Of a stretch of 58,341 nt of DNA, positions 20,101 through 30,000 are shown in pieces (the first letter of the stretch is position 1; every line of letters begins with the position of its first letter). Source of the stretch: Bacteroidetes bacterium UBA6661 (GTDB taxonomy: Bacteria > Bacteroidota > Bacteroidia > AKYH767-A > OLB10); NCBI GenBank assembly GCA_002455375.1, contig DKKR01000101.1, positions 54,227-112,567 on the forward strand. The letters are read 5' to 3'. The notes beneath the pieces were generated by a model. It had not been told where the DNA came from. It searched no databases and saw nothing but the letters and a program-made list of their open reading frames with translations. The translations under genes were made by a program, and so were the position numbers.

Positions 20101-21509
20101 GCGCAGCCAATGGATTTATTGGGCATGAAACGCGCAGTGATGCTAAAAACAGTGTCGTTTTTTTGTTTTGCAACTGTGGCAGTACAACCATGTACACTCG
20201 TAAAAGTCAGTTGATCGGTGTAGTAGTAATAGTCATAAATGGTGTATTGATTTGTATCAGGACGATAAAAAGTATGACTTGGATTAGCAAGGTTTGAAGT
20301 TGTGCCATCACCAAAAATCCATTGGTAGGTACCTGCTGTAGAAGTTGTACTGTTATATTGAACGGTAAACGGCCAACTACAACTGTAACCGGGTGTCGAG
20401 GTAAAGTCAGCAACAACATCTTCTACATGAATGGTAATGGTTGTGTCATCAGAACAAATTCCATTCAAAACCTGCAAAGTTACCTGATAGGTTCCCGGTG
20501 CATAGGTGTGAATACTGTCAACGCCAGAAGTGCCATCGCCATAATTATAGAAGGGATTGGTGCCGCTAGACTGACTTTTGAACATGACTGTTGGACAAAC
20601 AGTATCATTAACCGCACCTACTGCATAAAACGAAGCAAAAGGTTGATTAATAAAAACCTGCGTGGTAACTGTTTTAGGACAGTTGTTATTATCGGTAACA
20701 GTAAGAGAAATATTAAATGTTCCGGTTGTTGGATAGTTTATTGATGGAGGTGATACAGCTGTTGATGTGTTTCCACTACCAAAATCCCAAAAGTAGGTAA
20801 GGCCTGTTCCTGTAGTAGAATTTGATGTTGAAGCAGAAGCAGAAAAGGCAACCAAAAATGGAGGTGTGCAACCGACAGGTGGGCTGGGTACTGTTGTAAT
20901 TATTGCATTAGGTTGAATGCTGGTATTAATATAATTTGGTACGGAAATAGAAGTGTCGCAACCATTGGCATCGGTCACTTTTAATGAGACTGTAAAACTT
21001 CCGGCAAGAGAGTAAATGTTCGTTGGTGAAGGATTGTTACCAACATTGGTTGCGCCATCACCAAATGCCCACTGCCTCGAAACAATTGCAGTGCCACCAC
21101 CACCAACAGATGAGTCATTAAAAAGCACTGTTAACGGAACACATCCTGAAAGCGGGGGTGTTGCTGTAAGTGATGTAAATGGTTTTCGGAATACATTTAT
21201 TGTTATCGAGTCAATAAAGGCATTTCCTGATAACACACCTGTGCATACAACATTAAAACTTCCTGCAGTAAAGAAAGTATGTACGGGATTAGGTAGATTT
21301 GATGATGTCATATCACCAAAATCCCAGTCAATATTTGTCAGACCTGCTGGCGAGGTAAAATTAACATTTACCAAAGGCGCACAGCCACTTGTGGTGCTTG
21401 CAGTAATTTGTGCACTGACATTGGATATAATGCCTATGAAAAAAATGAAAAAAAAGAATCTTTTCAAGATGCGTGAAGAAAAAAGTGAAATGTTAATTTT
21501 TGTTTTCAA
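17124..21509 (-). CDS. giant PKD-repeat surface protein with a T9SS type-B (gliding-motility-associated, CHU_C-type) C-terminal sorting domain
   Basis: Signal peptide, then about 14 repeats carrying the W-D-F-G-D-G core, then an Ig-like YLWSPATGLSSTT module. The C-terminus is FSPNGDGDNDV..IYNRWGQLIFES..WDG..TFNLLR. Confidence 0.85.
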   Translation of the reverse strand: MKTKINISLFSSRILKRFFFFIFFIGIISNVSAQITASTTSGCAPLVNVNFTSPAGLTNIDWDFGDMTSSNLPNPVHTFFTAGSFNVVCTGVLSGNAFIDSITINVFRKPFTSLTATPPLSGCVPLTVLFNDSSVGGGGTAIVSRQWAFGDGATNVGNNPSPTNIYSLAGSFTVSLKVTDANGCDTSISVPNYINTSIQPNAIITTVPSPPVGCTPPFLVAFSASASTSNSTTGTGLTYFWDFGSGNTSTAVSPPSINYPTTGTFNISLTVTDNNNCPKTVTTQVFINQPFASFYAVGAVNDTVCPTVMFKSQSSGTNPFYNYGDGTSGVDSIHTYAPGTYQVTLQVLNGICSDDTTITIHVEDVVADFTSTPGYSCSWPFTVQYNSTTSTAGTYQWIFGDGTTSNLANPSHTFYRPDTNQYTIYDYYYYTDQLTFTSVHGCTATVAKQKNDTVFSITARFMPNKSIGCAPMTVIFSDSSRSRETIVNYTYLFGDGTQTTGSNGVVSHTYNTPGIYYVRLVVTNSAGCKDTSFVIPIYVGSAVTTAFTVVPTTICAYTPVQFNVLNPDTNNIYHFSGDGGMLSHCYNQTNPVWNFNTQTGQQTITLSTSNNGCVSTATQTVTVKGPMAKFYVAGNCATPFKYSFPATINDATTWNWDFGDGTALINSGNINPTHTYAATGDYWVKLTSFNTTSGCAPDIDSNIVRVRNLSASFTGDSAICKGYTANVDASSSTDAYGSCNEGFLWYWGGNAFPHNSASPIASHTYLNNGVYFIKLVTTDINGCVDSVKRKIKVYSSNAYFKTNKNYGCLPLTINFTDSSFADTTIASYSWDFGDGNTSSVKNPSHTYTTAPAGGSWTVTLIVTDTIGCTSVFQKTITASLPDTLFSSTKTNICVGEAIVFNPHFTGHSSYSWNFGDNTTSAQVSPSHAYNAAGAYTVTLSVTDSIGCPGSKKITNYINVQAFPKAGFTSSADSMLNKCYPLLVNFYDTSIVSVFGSRKWNLGNSSNIFTTPVAGTIYQTPGIYYIQLIEETTFGCRDTAYDTLRVLGPVGNFNIAPSTICKGQSITFSIKDTADLGAFSWDFGDGMTSPGVSPITHTYNINPVSGQTLVGLVMWSADSACTYTQTNPVFIRKVIANFNINSGDTALCVGEPVTLVNTSLNASNNYWNFGNGQTFNGATPPSYTINQTGVYTITLAIDNSTWGCKDTIRKKISINNLPIVTATGGDTCLGKPITLHSSGGVSYLWSPATGLSSTTIANPVATPGQSTVYTVLITDVNGCTGVATAPVTIYSPPPQVNVTHLLFVGDSIQLNTGLTNNLIINWNPVNGLSCVNCPDPWAQPLVNTLYTATFTDSAGCFSGISRFNIEIDPRITIDVPTAFSPNGDGDNDVIYVNGLGLKRLIEFKIYNRWGQLIFESNDLNKGWDGYFKGQLQNVETYVYTAKAEGWLNGKIVSKKGTFNLLR

Positions 21510-21607
21510 ATTTATGGCTTTTCGTTAACGATGTAAAAAATTTATATGTTTGTAGTGTCTGTATGCGTTAAGATGAATTTTCAATCACTCAAAAGTATAG
21601 CCTTTGC

Positions 21608-22459
21608 ATGAAAGCAGCAACTTTAATTTATGTCATTTTATTTTCCTGCTTTTTTGCCGTTTCGGACGGCAATTCGCAGGGAATTTGCGGAACAGTGGTT
21701 GATACAGCCAGAATTCAGGCCGATGCAGCAGCTAATTTAAGTTCCTCGCAGACTCAGCGCGGGCTTTTTTTTCCTGTAAACTGTTTGAATAAAACACTTT
21801 CTATCACAGCCTATATTTTTCGTGACAGTACAGCTGCCGATGGCATCACACAGGCATCAATTTTGTCGGCACTTCAAATTCTGAATAATGACTTTGCGCC
21901 TATGTGTTTGTCGTTCAGCATCTGTGAATTTGTGTATGTAAATAATTACAATTACAATGATTTTTATGCATTGAAGCATGAAAATGAAGTTTACAATTTA
22001 TACTATACTCCCAATACAATAAATGTTTATTTCAGCAATACATTATACGACAACACAAACTCTTCAGTTTGTGGCTATGCGCATTTTCCCGGAGGACGCG
22101 ACATGATTTTTCTAAATAAATCCTGCGTTGGTGATGGCAAAACCTTCTCACATGAAATGGGACATTTTTTTGGACTTTATCATACTTTCGAAACTGCTAA
22201 TGGAGTAGAATTAATTAATGGCACAAATTGTCTTGTAGCCGGTGATTTGATTTGCGATACCCCGGCAGACCCTAATGGATTAAACGGATCAGATTGTCAG
22301 ATGCTTCCTTATTTGCCTGACCCTTCCGGCAACTGGTATGTACCGCAAATCGGTAACATCATGTCATATTATTCTGCCGGTTGCAAGTGTGGTTTTACCA
22401 CACAGCAGTTTAACTGGATGATACAACAATTCCTGACTAACAGAAACTATCTTTGGTAA
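21608..22459 (+). CDS. secreted zinc metalloprotease, M43 (pappalysin/cytophagalysin-like)
   Basis: Signal peptide. HEMGHFFGLYHTF (HExxHxxGxxH) and the GNIMSY Met-turn. Confidence 0.75.
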   Translation: MKAATLIYVILFSCFFAVSDGNSQGICGTVVDTARIQADAAANLSSSQTQRGLFFPVNCLNKTLSITAYIFRDSTAADGITQASILSALQILNNDFAPMCLSFSICEFVYVNNYNYNDFYALKHENEVYNLYYTPNTINVYFSNTLYDNTNSSVCGYAHFPGGRDMIFLNKSCVGDGKTFSHEMGHFFGLYHTFETANGVELINGTNCLVAGDLICDTPADPNGLNGSDCQMLPYLPDPSGNWYVPQIGNIMSYYSAGCKCGFTTQQFNWMIQQFLTNRNYLW

Positions 22460-22492
22460 CAATATTTTTATATTAGTTTAACTCACATCATT

Positions 22493-25240
22493 ATGAAATC
22501 ACGAATATTAAATCAGTTTGTGCTTGCATTTGCCGCTACGGTATTGCTTTCCTTTAATGGATTTGCACAGGACAAAACCAAATCAATAGCTGCACCCGTT
22601 AAAGTTACTTCCGTAGAAGGAATTACGGAATATAAACTCAGCAACGGATTGCGTGTATTGTTGTTTCCCGATCCATCAAAATCAACCATCACTGTAAACA
22701 TTACTTACTTGGTTGGTTCACGCATGGAGGGTTATGGAGAGTCAGGAATGGCACATTTATTAGAACACATGGTGTTTAAAGGTTCTACTAAGCATCCTAA
22801 TATTCCGCAGGAACTTACAGCACATGGTGCAAGACCAAATGGAACTACATGGTATGACAGGACAAATTATTTTGAAACATTTAATGCCACGGAAGAAAAT
22901 CTTCGCTGGGCTTTAAGTCTGGAAAGCGACAGAATGGTTAATTCATTCATCAATAAAAAAGACCTTGAATCGGAGTTCTCTGTAGTACGAAATGAATTTG
23001 AAAGAGGAGAAAACAGTCCGTCAAGTGTATTGGAAGAAAGAGTAATGTCAACAGCTTATCTATGGCATAACTATGGAAAGTCAACTATCGGATCAAAAGA
23101 AGATATTGAGCGTGTTCCTATTGAAAACCTGAAAGCATTTTATCATAAATACTATCAACCTGATAATGCTGTGCTTACTATTGCCGGAAAGATTGATGAG
23201 CAAAAAACATTACAATTAGTAAGTGAGTATTTTAGTCCTATTCCAAAACCTGAACGTAAATTGCAGGAGACATTTACAGTAGAACCTGTTCAGGATGGCG
23301 AACGTAATGTTGTCTTACGCAGAGTTGGTGATGTGCAGGTTGCCTCTTGCGGGTATCATATTCCTGCTGGTGCTCATGCCGACTATGCAGCTATTGAAGT
23401 TTTGATTGAAGCATTAACCAATGAACCTTCAGGAAGATTATATAAAGCATTGGTGGATACAAAAAAAGCTACAAGTACATCAGGTTATTCATTTCAACTT
23501 AAAGACCCGGGATATGCCTATTTCTATGCAGAAGTCTTAAAAGACAAGTCACTTGACACAGCCATGAATACCATGAAAGGTATTTTTGATAACCTGAGTA
23601 AAAATCCAATCACTAACGAAGAGGCAGAGCGTGGAAAGAATGCTATTCTCAAACAACTAACGCTGATGTTTAACAACAGTGATAGGGTAGGACTTTCACT
23701 TAGTGAATTTATTGCGCAAGGCGACTGGCGTTTATATTTTATTTATCGTGATGCAATAGAAAAAGTTACTACTGCCGATGTAAACAGAGTGGCAGCAGAG
23801 TATTTTAAGCCAAGCAACCGCACTACAGGACTTTTTATTCCTGATGTAACCCCTGACAGAGCTGTGATTCCTGCAACACCAGATGTTAATTCATTAGTAA
23901 AAGATTATAAAGGAAAGAAAGCCTTAGCAGAAGCCGAAGCATTTGATCCCTCGCCATCAAATATCAGCAACAGAATAAAACAGGCAACTATCTCCGGTGG
24001 TGCAAAATATACGTTATTGAAAAAAACCACTCGTGGAGGTAATGTCTGCGTGAACATAACATTGAGAATGGGCAATGCTGCTGTGATGCAAAACAAAGGT
24101 ACTGCTGCATCATTCACAGCTTCGATGTTACGAAGGGGAACAAAGAATAAATCATTTCAGCAAATTAATGATGAGATTGACAAGCTTAAATCCAATGTTG
24201 GTATTTATGGTGACGGGCAAACTGTTAATGTATCAGTAACAACTACTAAAGAAAACCTCAGTGGCATTCTTAACCTGATAGGTGAAATTATTAAACAACC
24301 TGCATTTGCACAGGCTGAATTTGACAAGTTAAAAGAGGAAAGAATTTCTGAAAATGAAAGCTCACGCAGCGAGCCTCAGGCTATTGCATCCAGAATATTC
24401 AGTAAAACGCTTAATCCTTATCCTAAGGACGATTTCCGTTATGAAATGAGTTTTGACGAGGAGAAAGAAGCATTGAATAAACTTACTTTGGCTGATGTAA
24501 AGAATTTTTATGAAAGGTTTTATACTACTTCCAATACAACAGCAGCTGTAGTTGGTGATTTTGATGAGCCATCATTAATTATTTCACTTAACAATTTACT
24601 TGATAAATGGGGTTCTCCGGTGCTTTATGAGCGTGCTAAAGAACCTTATTTTGATGTAGCAGCAGTGAACGAAAAAATAAACACACCGGATAAGGCGAAT
24701 GCAATGATGCTGGCTGGGATGAATTTGCCACTTAAAGATGACAATGTTGACTATCCTGCATTGCTTGTTGGCAATTATATGCTGGGAGGAGGATTCCTTA
24801 ACTCACGACTTGCTACACGCATCAGACAAAAAGAAGGCTTAAGTTATGGAGTTGGCTCTCAATTGCAATCAAGCTCATTAGATGAGTCAGGTGGTTTTTT
24901 ATCCTATGCAATTTACAATCCTGACAACTCAGAAAAACTGATAGCAGCATGGAAAGAAGAGATTCAAAAAATGTTGAACGAAGGGTTTACTGCAACTGAA
25001 ATGGCTGATGCAGTGAAAGGATTAATTCAAGGTCGCTCGGTAAGTCGCTCACAAGACAGAGAATTGTGTAGCAAACTTAACAGCTATTCCTTTTTGGGTC
25101 GTTCTATTAAATGGGATGAAGAGTTTGAGAATAAGATTAAAGCATTGAAGGTTGAAGATGTAAATGCAGCAATGAAAAAATGGATTAATCCGAATAAGGT
25201 TTCTTTTGTGCAAGCAGGAGATTTTAATAGGAAAAAGTAA
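22493..25240 (+). CDS. secreted M16 (pitrilysin/insulinase) family peptidase, fused two-half form
   Basis: Signal peptide. Inverted zinc motif HLLEHMVFKG (HxxEH) and a downstream NEFERGEN-type Glu. The 915 aa length fits both M16 halves. Confidence 0.85.
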   Translation: MKSRILNQFVLAFAATVLLSFNGFAQDKTKSIAAPVKVTSVEGITEYKLSNGLRVLLFPDPSKSTITVNITYLVGSRMEGYGESGMAHLLEHMVFKGSTKHPNIPQELTAHGARPNGTTWYDRTNYFETFNATEENLRWALSLESDRMVNSFINKKDLESEFSVVRNEFERGENSPSSVLEERVMSTAYLWHNYGKSTIGSKEDIERVPIENLKAFYHKYYQPDNAVLTIAGKIDEQKTLQLVSEYFSPIPKPERKLQETFTVEPVQDGERNVVLRRVGDVQVASCGYHIPAGAHADYAAIEVLIEALTNEPSGRLYKALVDTKKATSTSGYSFQLKDPGYAYFYAEVLKDKSLDTAMNTMKGIFDNLSKNPITNEEAERGKNAILKQLTLMFNNSDRVGLSLSEFIAQGDWRLYFIYRDAIEKVTTADVNRVAAEYFKPSNRTTGLFIPDVTPDRAVIPATPDVNSLVKDYKGKKALAEAEAFDPSPSNISNRIKQATISGGAKYTLLKKTTRGGNVCVNITLRMGNAAVMQNKGTAASFTASMLRRGTKNKSFQQINDEIDKLKSNVGIYGDGQTVNVSVTTTKENLSGILNLIGEIIKQPAFAQAEFDKLKEERISENESSRSEPQAIASRIFSKTLNPYPKDDFRYEMSFDEEKEALNKLTLADVKNFYERFYTTSNTTAAVVGDFDEPSLIISLNNLLDKWGSPVLYERAKEPYFDVAAVNEKINTPDKANAMMLAGMNLPLKDDNVDYPALLVGNYMLGGGFLNSRLATRIRQKEGLSYGVGSQLQSSSLDESGGFLSYAIYNPDNSEKLIAAWKEEIQKMLNEGFTATEMADAVKGLIQGRSVSRSQDRELCSKLNSYSFLGRSIKWDEEFENKIKALKVEDVNAAMKKWINPNKVSFVQAGDFNRKK

Positions 25241-25342
25241 TTGTTAAATAGAAATTTTATCAAACATCTCTTTGCAGAAGGAGAAATGATTTGTGCAGTG
25301 TTAGCATCTGTATTTTAAAAATTCCGAGTAAAATTTTGCAGT

Positions 25343-26893
25343 TTGAAGAATATTATAATAGTATTTTTCTTGTTCACTTGTTTTACGGTGAAAGCACAAT
25401 TCACTCAGCAGTGGGTGAACAGTTTTTGCTGCTTCGATACTCTTGGGCCACATACATTTTCTTATCCATTAGGCAGGTATATACAACAAGACACACTCAC
25501 CCTTTCTTATTTTGAAGATAATATACAGCTGTTTAAAAAATTGGATTTGGATACTGGCAATGATATTCAAACTAGTGTACTCTCCAATGATACGGTACAA
25601 TCACCATTTTATTATGGTGGTGGAACCACGAGAATTGCCAATCATTATATAACCTCACTGATTAAGTATGACACAAATTCCGGAATTATAAAGTTGTATC
25701 ATAATTCAGTAGATGAAAATCTGTCAACAGACTGGACTAATGAAATAACAGTTTCAAATGGTTCAATATCGGCACCTCAGAGTAATTTAGCAGAGACTGA
25801 TTTTTTCACATCTGTTGTTTCTGATTCTGTCAGAGTTTACAAATTTGGTTTGAATGGAATGTTTCAGTGGATGATAGCAAAGCCGTTGTTAAGTACCAAT
25901 AGTAACGATAAACCTTCTATTTATCGTAATTCTTTAGATGAGATAGTGGTGTATATACGCAATGCAAATGCCACCCTGACTGATTTTAGTACTCGACTTA
26001 TTAAAATTAGCGGCAGCAGTGGTGCTGTGTTGAAAGATACTATTTACAGTCACACAACAGGTACTTCTCATATTGCCTTTCAGCAGGGAGATACACTCAA
26101 TATAGCTTTTATTAGTAGTGCCGGTCACTTCATTTCCTCGGTAAATATTGATATGATCACAATGAATGAGATAAAAAATTTTACAAGTAATATTGCCTGT
26201 TTTGATGAACTTGAAAAATTTGCTGTTGATAGTATAACCGATCAGTATTACATAAAATCCAATAGCTCTTTTTATGGTTTCTCATCACAAGATTCCACAC
26301 TGTTCAAAATTAGTCTGGTACCGGAAGCCCAGGGTCAGTATGATTTTAGTGACATTGCTTTTAATCAACAACGTGTTTTTTTGGCTTACAGTTATTTTAA
26401 CACTACAAATACTCCTGTTAACAATGATATTCTTGTTTTGGCCATAGACAAATTTAATGGAACAATAATCGGTAGTGCAAGCTATAACGATAGCCGCAAT
26501 ACTGACGAGAATTATCTTCAACATTATCTCGACACAAATGCTTACTATGTAATGTATGCTAATAATTTTGATAATGCATCCATCTTGCAGGAAGAAACAC
26601 AATTAGGAATCATAAAGTATAACTTTCAGCCTCAAAGTATTTTGGACATACAATCCAATGAACATGTTTTCTTTTTTCCAAACCCTTTTCAAAATAAAGT
26701 ATCTGTTCATTTTACGATAGCGAGTAATCCATTAAGTTATGCTGTTTACAATATACTTGGAGAGTTGATAAAGCAAGATTACATTACTCATAGCAAAATG
26801 TTGGATTTTGAAACGCTGAAGCATGGAGTTTATTCTATTATATTCAGGTTTCAGAATAGCAAAACAACAGTCATGCGAATGGTAAAAATATAA
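25343..26893 (+). CDS. T9SS type-A CTD-containing secreted protein of unknown function
   Basis: TTG start and signal peptide KNIIIVFFLFTCFTVKAQ. The C-terminal ..FFFPNPFQNKVSVHF..YNILGELI..GVYSIIF..VKI is a Por_Secre_tail-type domain. Confidence 0.7.
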   Translation: MKNIIIVFFLFTCFTVKAQFTQQWVNSFCCFDTLGPHTFSYPLGRYIQQDTLTLSYFEDNIQLFKKLDLDTGNDIQTSVLSNDTVQSPFYYGGGTTRIANHYITSLIKYDTNSGIIKLYHNSVDENLSTDWTNEITVSNGSISAPQSNLAETDFFTSVVSDSVRVYKFGLNGMFQWMIAKPLLSTNSNDKPSIYRNSLDEIVVYIRNANATLTDFSTRLIKISGSSGAVLKDTIYSHTTGTSHIAFQQGDTLNIAFISSAGHFISSVNIDMITMNEIKNFTSNIACFDELEKFAVDSITDQYYIKSNSSFYGFSSQDSTLFKISLVPEAQGQYDFSDIAFNQQRVFLAYSYFNTTNTPVNNDILVLAIDKFNGTIIGSASYNDSRNTDENYLQHYLDTNAYYVMYANNFDNASILQEETQLGIIKYNFQPQSILDIQSNEHVFFFPNPFQNKVSVHFTIASNPLSYAVYNILGELIKQDYITHSKMLDFETLKHGVYSIIFRFQNSKTTVMRMVKI

Positions 26894-27006
26894 ATCTGTT
26901 ATTGCATTTACATAAAGAATTTAGGGTGAAATATTCGCTTTTTTAAAAAAATCTGTTACTTTTACCCAATTAAAGAACCGGCCAACTAAGCAAGATATAT
27001 CTGGTC

Positions 27007-30000
27007 ATGAAAAAGATATTTGGTTTTATTGTTTTTTTTGTAACGTTATCCTTAAGTAATTTGCTTTATGGGCAACAGGCAAGCAGTTGTACCAATCTTG
27101 ATTTTGAACTCGGAAACTTTGTAGGCTGGACAGGAAAGACAGGCTCATGTTGTCCAATCAGTATGTTTTCAAACGGTATTGTCACTGGTCAGCATACTAT
27201 TATGTCCGGTGCCGGATTTGATCCTCACTCTAACAATCAGATACCTGTTGTTGCACCCGGAGGAACTTACTCTGCACGTTTAGGAAATGATCAGGCAGGC
27301 TCGCAAGCAGAGCAGCTTTCTTATTCCTTTCAGGTTACTCCACAAACAGAATTATTTATTTATCGTTATGCTGTTGTTTTAGAAGACCCTGTGCACGACC
27401 CTATAGAACAACCACGTTTTGAAATCCGTGTATTTGATCAGGCAGGAAACCCTATTGGCTGCGGAACTTACAATGTGGTTTCAGGTGCCGGCATTCCCGG
27501 CTTTCAAACCTGGTTTGATCCCAATATTGGCAGCGATATTCATTTTAAGACTTGGACAACAGTAGGCATTGAGCTTTCATCTTATATGGGTCAAACAGTT
27601 ACTATTGAATTTTCTACAGGTGATTGTTCCTTGGGTGGCCACTTTGGTTATGCTTATGTGGATGCCTATTGCAGCAGCATGACAGTTACCAGCGATTACT
27701 GCCCAGGTAGCACAACAGCACTATTGATGGCACCTCCCGGTTTTGTATCTTATCTGTGGAGTAATGGCGCAACAACTCAAACAATCACTATCAATAATCC
27801 TGTCATTGGTGCTACATATTCTGTTCAGATGACATCTGTAGCCGGATGTGTGGTAACATTGAATCAGGTTATTGCCGTGACACAGTTATTTGCTAATTTC
27901 AACTTTAATCCCGGCTGCGAAAGCGGCACTCAATTTTTCGATTCATCATATGTTCTTTCAGGTTCTCCCATTAATCAATGGTTGTGGGATTTTGGTGATG
28001 GCACCACTTCTGCAATACAAAACCCGTGGCATCAGTTTCCGTCTTCAGGAAATTATAACGTAACACTGACAGCAACCAATGCAGGTGGTTGTACCAAGTC
28101 AATAACCAAATCTATAACTATTTTACCATCGCCTGTTTCAGACTTTAACTTTACACCTGCCTGCCCAAGTCAGGCAATAACTTTTAATCAGAATGCAAGT
28201 TTTCCATCCGGAACAATAACAAGTTATGAATGGTTGTTTGGTGATGGACTTCCTTCATCAGCAATGCCTGATCCGACACATGTTTACAGTGGTATGGGAC
28301 CTTATGATGTTTCACTGATTGTTACAGGAAATAATGGCTGTTTAGATACTATTGTAAAGTCAGTGGCACCAATGCCTGACCCTGTGGCAGGATATACTTT
28401 CAGTGTTCAGTGTATGAATAATACCGTTACGTTTAATGATGTTTCTCAACTGACAGGTGGCACCATAACTGCATGGCAATGGGATTTTGGTGATGGCTCA
28501 CCATTGGATAATACTGCAAATCCTATTCATGTTTATAACGGTGGTGGCAATTACTCAGTTCAACTGATTGTTACAGGAAGCAACGGATGTACTGATACAA
28601 TTACTAAAGGTGTGGCTATGGCAAGCTTGCCAACAGCAGCTTTTACCAATAGCGGTGCATGCGAATCACAGTTTACAGCATTTAATGATGCATCTGGTCT
28701 TGCAGGTGGTAGCATTGCATCATGGCTGTGGTATTTTGGTGACGGAACAAATTCAACTTTACAAAATCCATTTCACCAATATAGTGGCACAGGAAGTTTT
28801 AATATTTCATTGGTTGTGTTAGGTGATAACGGTTGCCGCGATTCTATAGCACGGAGTATTACAGTCAAGCCTTCTCCTGTGGCATCATTTAGCTCTATGC
28901 CTGTGTGTCCGGGACAGCAAGCACAGTTCAATAGTACTGCAGTTGCACCGGCAGGTGAAACAATAAGTTCATGGATTTGGAATTTTGGTGATGGAAGTGC
29001 GCAGACTGCAGGTCAGAGCGTTAACCACATGTTCACCGGTGCCGGCACTTACGCAGTGATGAGTATTGTTGGTGCTTCAAATGGTTGCATTGATAGTGTT
29101 ATAAATAATATTTCCACTTCAATAACACCTGTGGCTAAGTTTTCTGCACCATCAGGTTGTGCCTTAGTTCCATTAACTTTTTCCAGTACATCTACAATAT
29201 CTTCAGGTACCATAACAGGGTGGGATTGGGATTTTGGTGATGGAACTGCTCATGGCAATACTGCAACAACAACACATGCCTTTGCAACACCCGGAAGTTA
29301 CAATGTATATTTAACTGTTACAAGCAACAATGGTTGTACACATACAGTATTGCACGAAGTGAGTGTAAGTGGTAAACCTGTACCTTCGTTTACCAACTCT
29401 TCAAGTTGTGTTAATGACAGTATCAATCTCAACAGTAATTCAACATCTGCAAATGTCAGTATCAATTACCTGAAATGGGATTTTGGTGATGGCACCTTCC
29501 ACACCGGTACAGATAGTGTTTTTCATGTTTATTCAGATACAGGGTTTGTTCAGGTCGGATTAATAGTAGGGAATACCCTCGGGTGCAGCGATACTGTTTA
29601 CAGACAGATATATATTAAGCCATTGCCAGTTGCCGGATTCCGATGGGATGAAATGTGTCAGTTAGCAGCCGGAAGTTTTTATGATACTTCAGCATTGATA
29701 AATGGAAATATTTCCGGATGGCTATGGGATTTTGGAAGTGGCACTGCCAACACTGCCAACCCTCAGTTTGCATTTGCCAATGCCGGAATACAACCGGTTA
29801 TACTCACTGTAACAGGAAATAACAATTGTAAGGCAACAATAACACAAAATATTACTGTTCGACCAAAACCATTGGCACAGTTTGTTTCATCAGGGGCCTG
29901 TGTCAATGCAGTTGAAACATTTCAGAATACATCTTCAATACCATCAGGAAGTATTGTGAGCTGGCATTGGGATTATGGTGATGGACACACTGCGATAACA

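Noticed and set aside
21439-21455. A7 and A8 runs (T7/T8 on the coding strand) in the signal-peptide region of the 1461-aa PKD gene as a possible phase-variation tract
   Set aside because: The frame is intact, and the runs simply encode the Phe-rich hydrophobic core (RFFFFIFF). A/T runs of this length are common in this AT-rich DNA, so there is no evidence of switching.
20322-21528. Plus-strand ORFs of 140 aa and 170 aa inside the minus-strand PKD giant
   Set aside because: These are antisense to a very confidently coding gene. Their composition is low-complexity (Ser/Thr/Gly/Asn-codon mirror images) and they have no motifs. The same reasoning applies to the other antisense ORFs in the track, such as 11385-11702, 16254-16628, 26285-26602, 35899-36249, 45118-45559 and 51942-52274.
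25291-25515. 74-aa ORF overlapping the 5' end of the 516-aa T9SS cargo gene
   Set aside because: The alternative frame (25343-26893) gives a canonical signal peptide and a T9SS CTD. The 74-aa frame has neither feature.
26892-26958. Recurring TCTGT(T/A)A-like words upstream of several cargo genes: two copies at 26892-26958, two at ~38871-38905, and single copies near 21560, 25307 and 55205
   Set aside because: A 6-7-mer in AT-rich DNA is expected often by chance, and I selected the instances by eye. Without a background-corrected motif search (such as MEME or FIMO against all intergenic regions) the pattern is not supportable.
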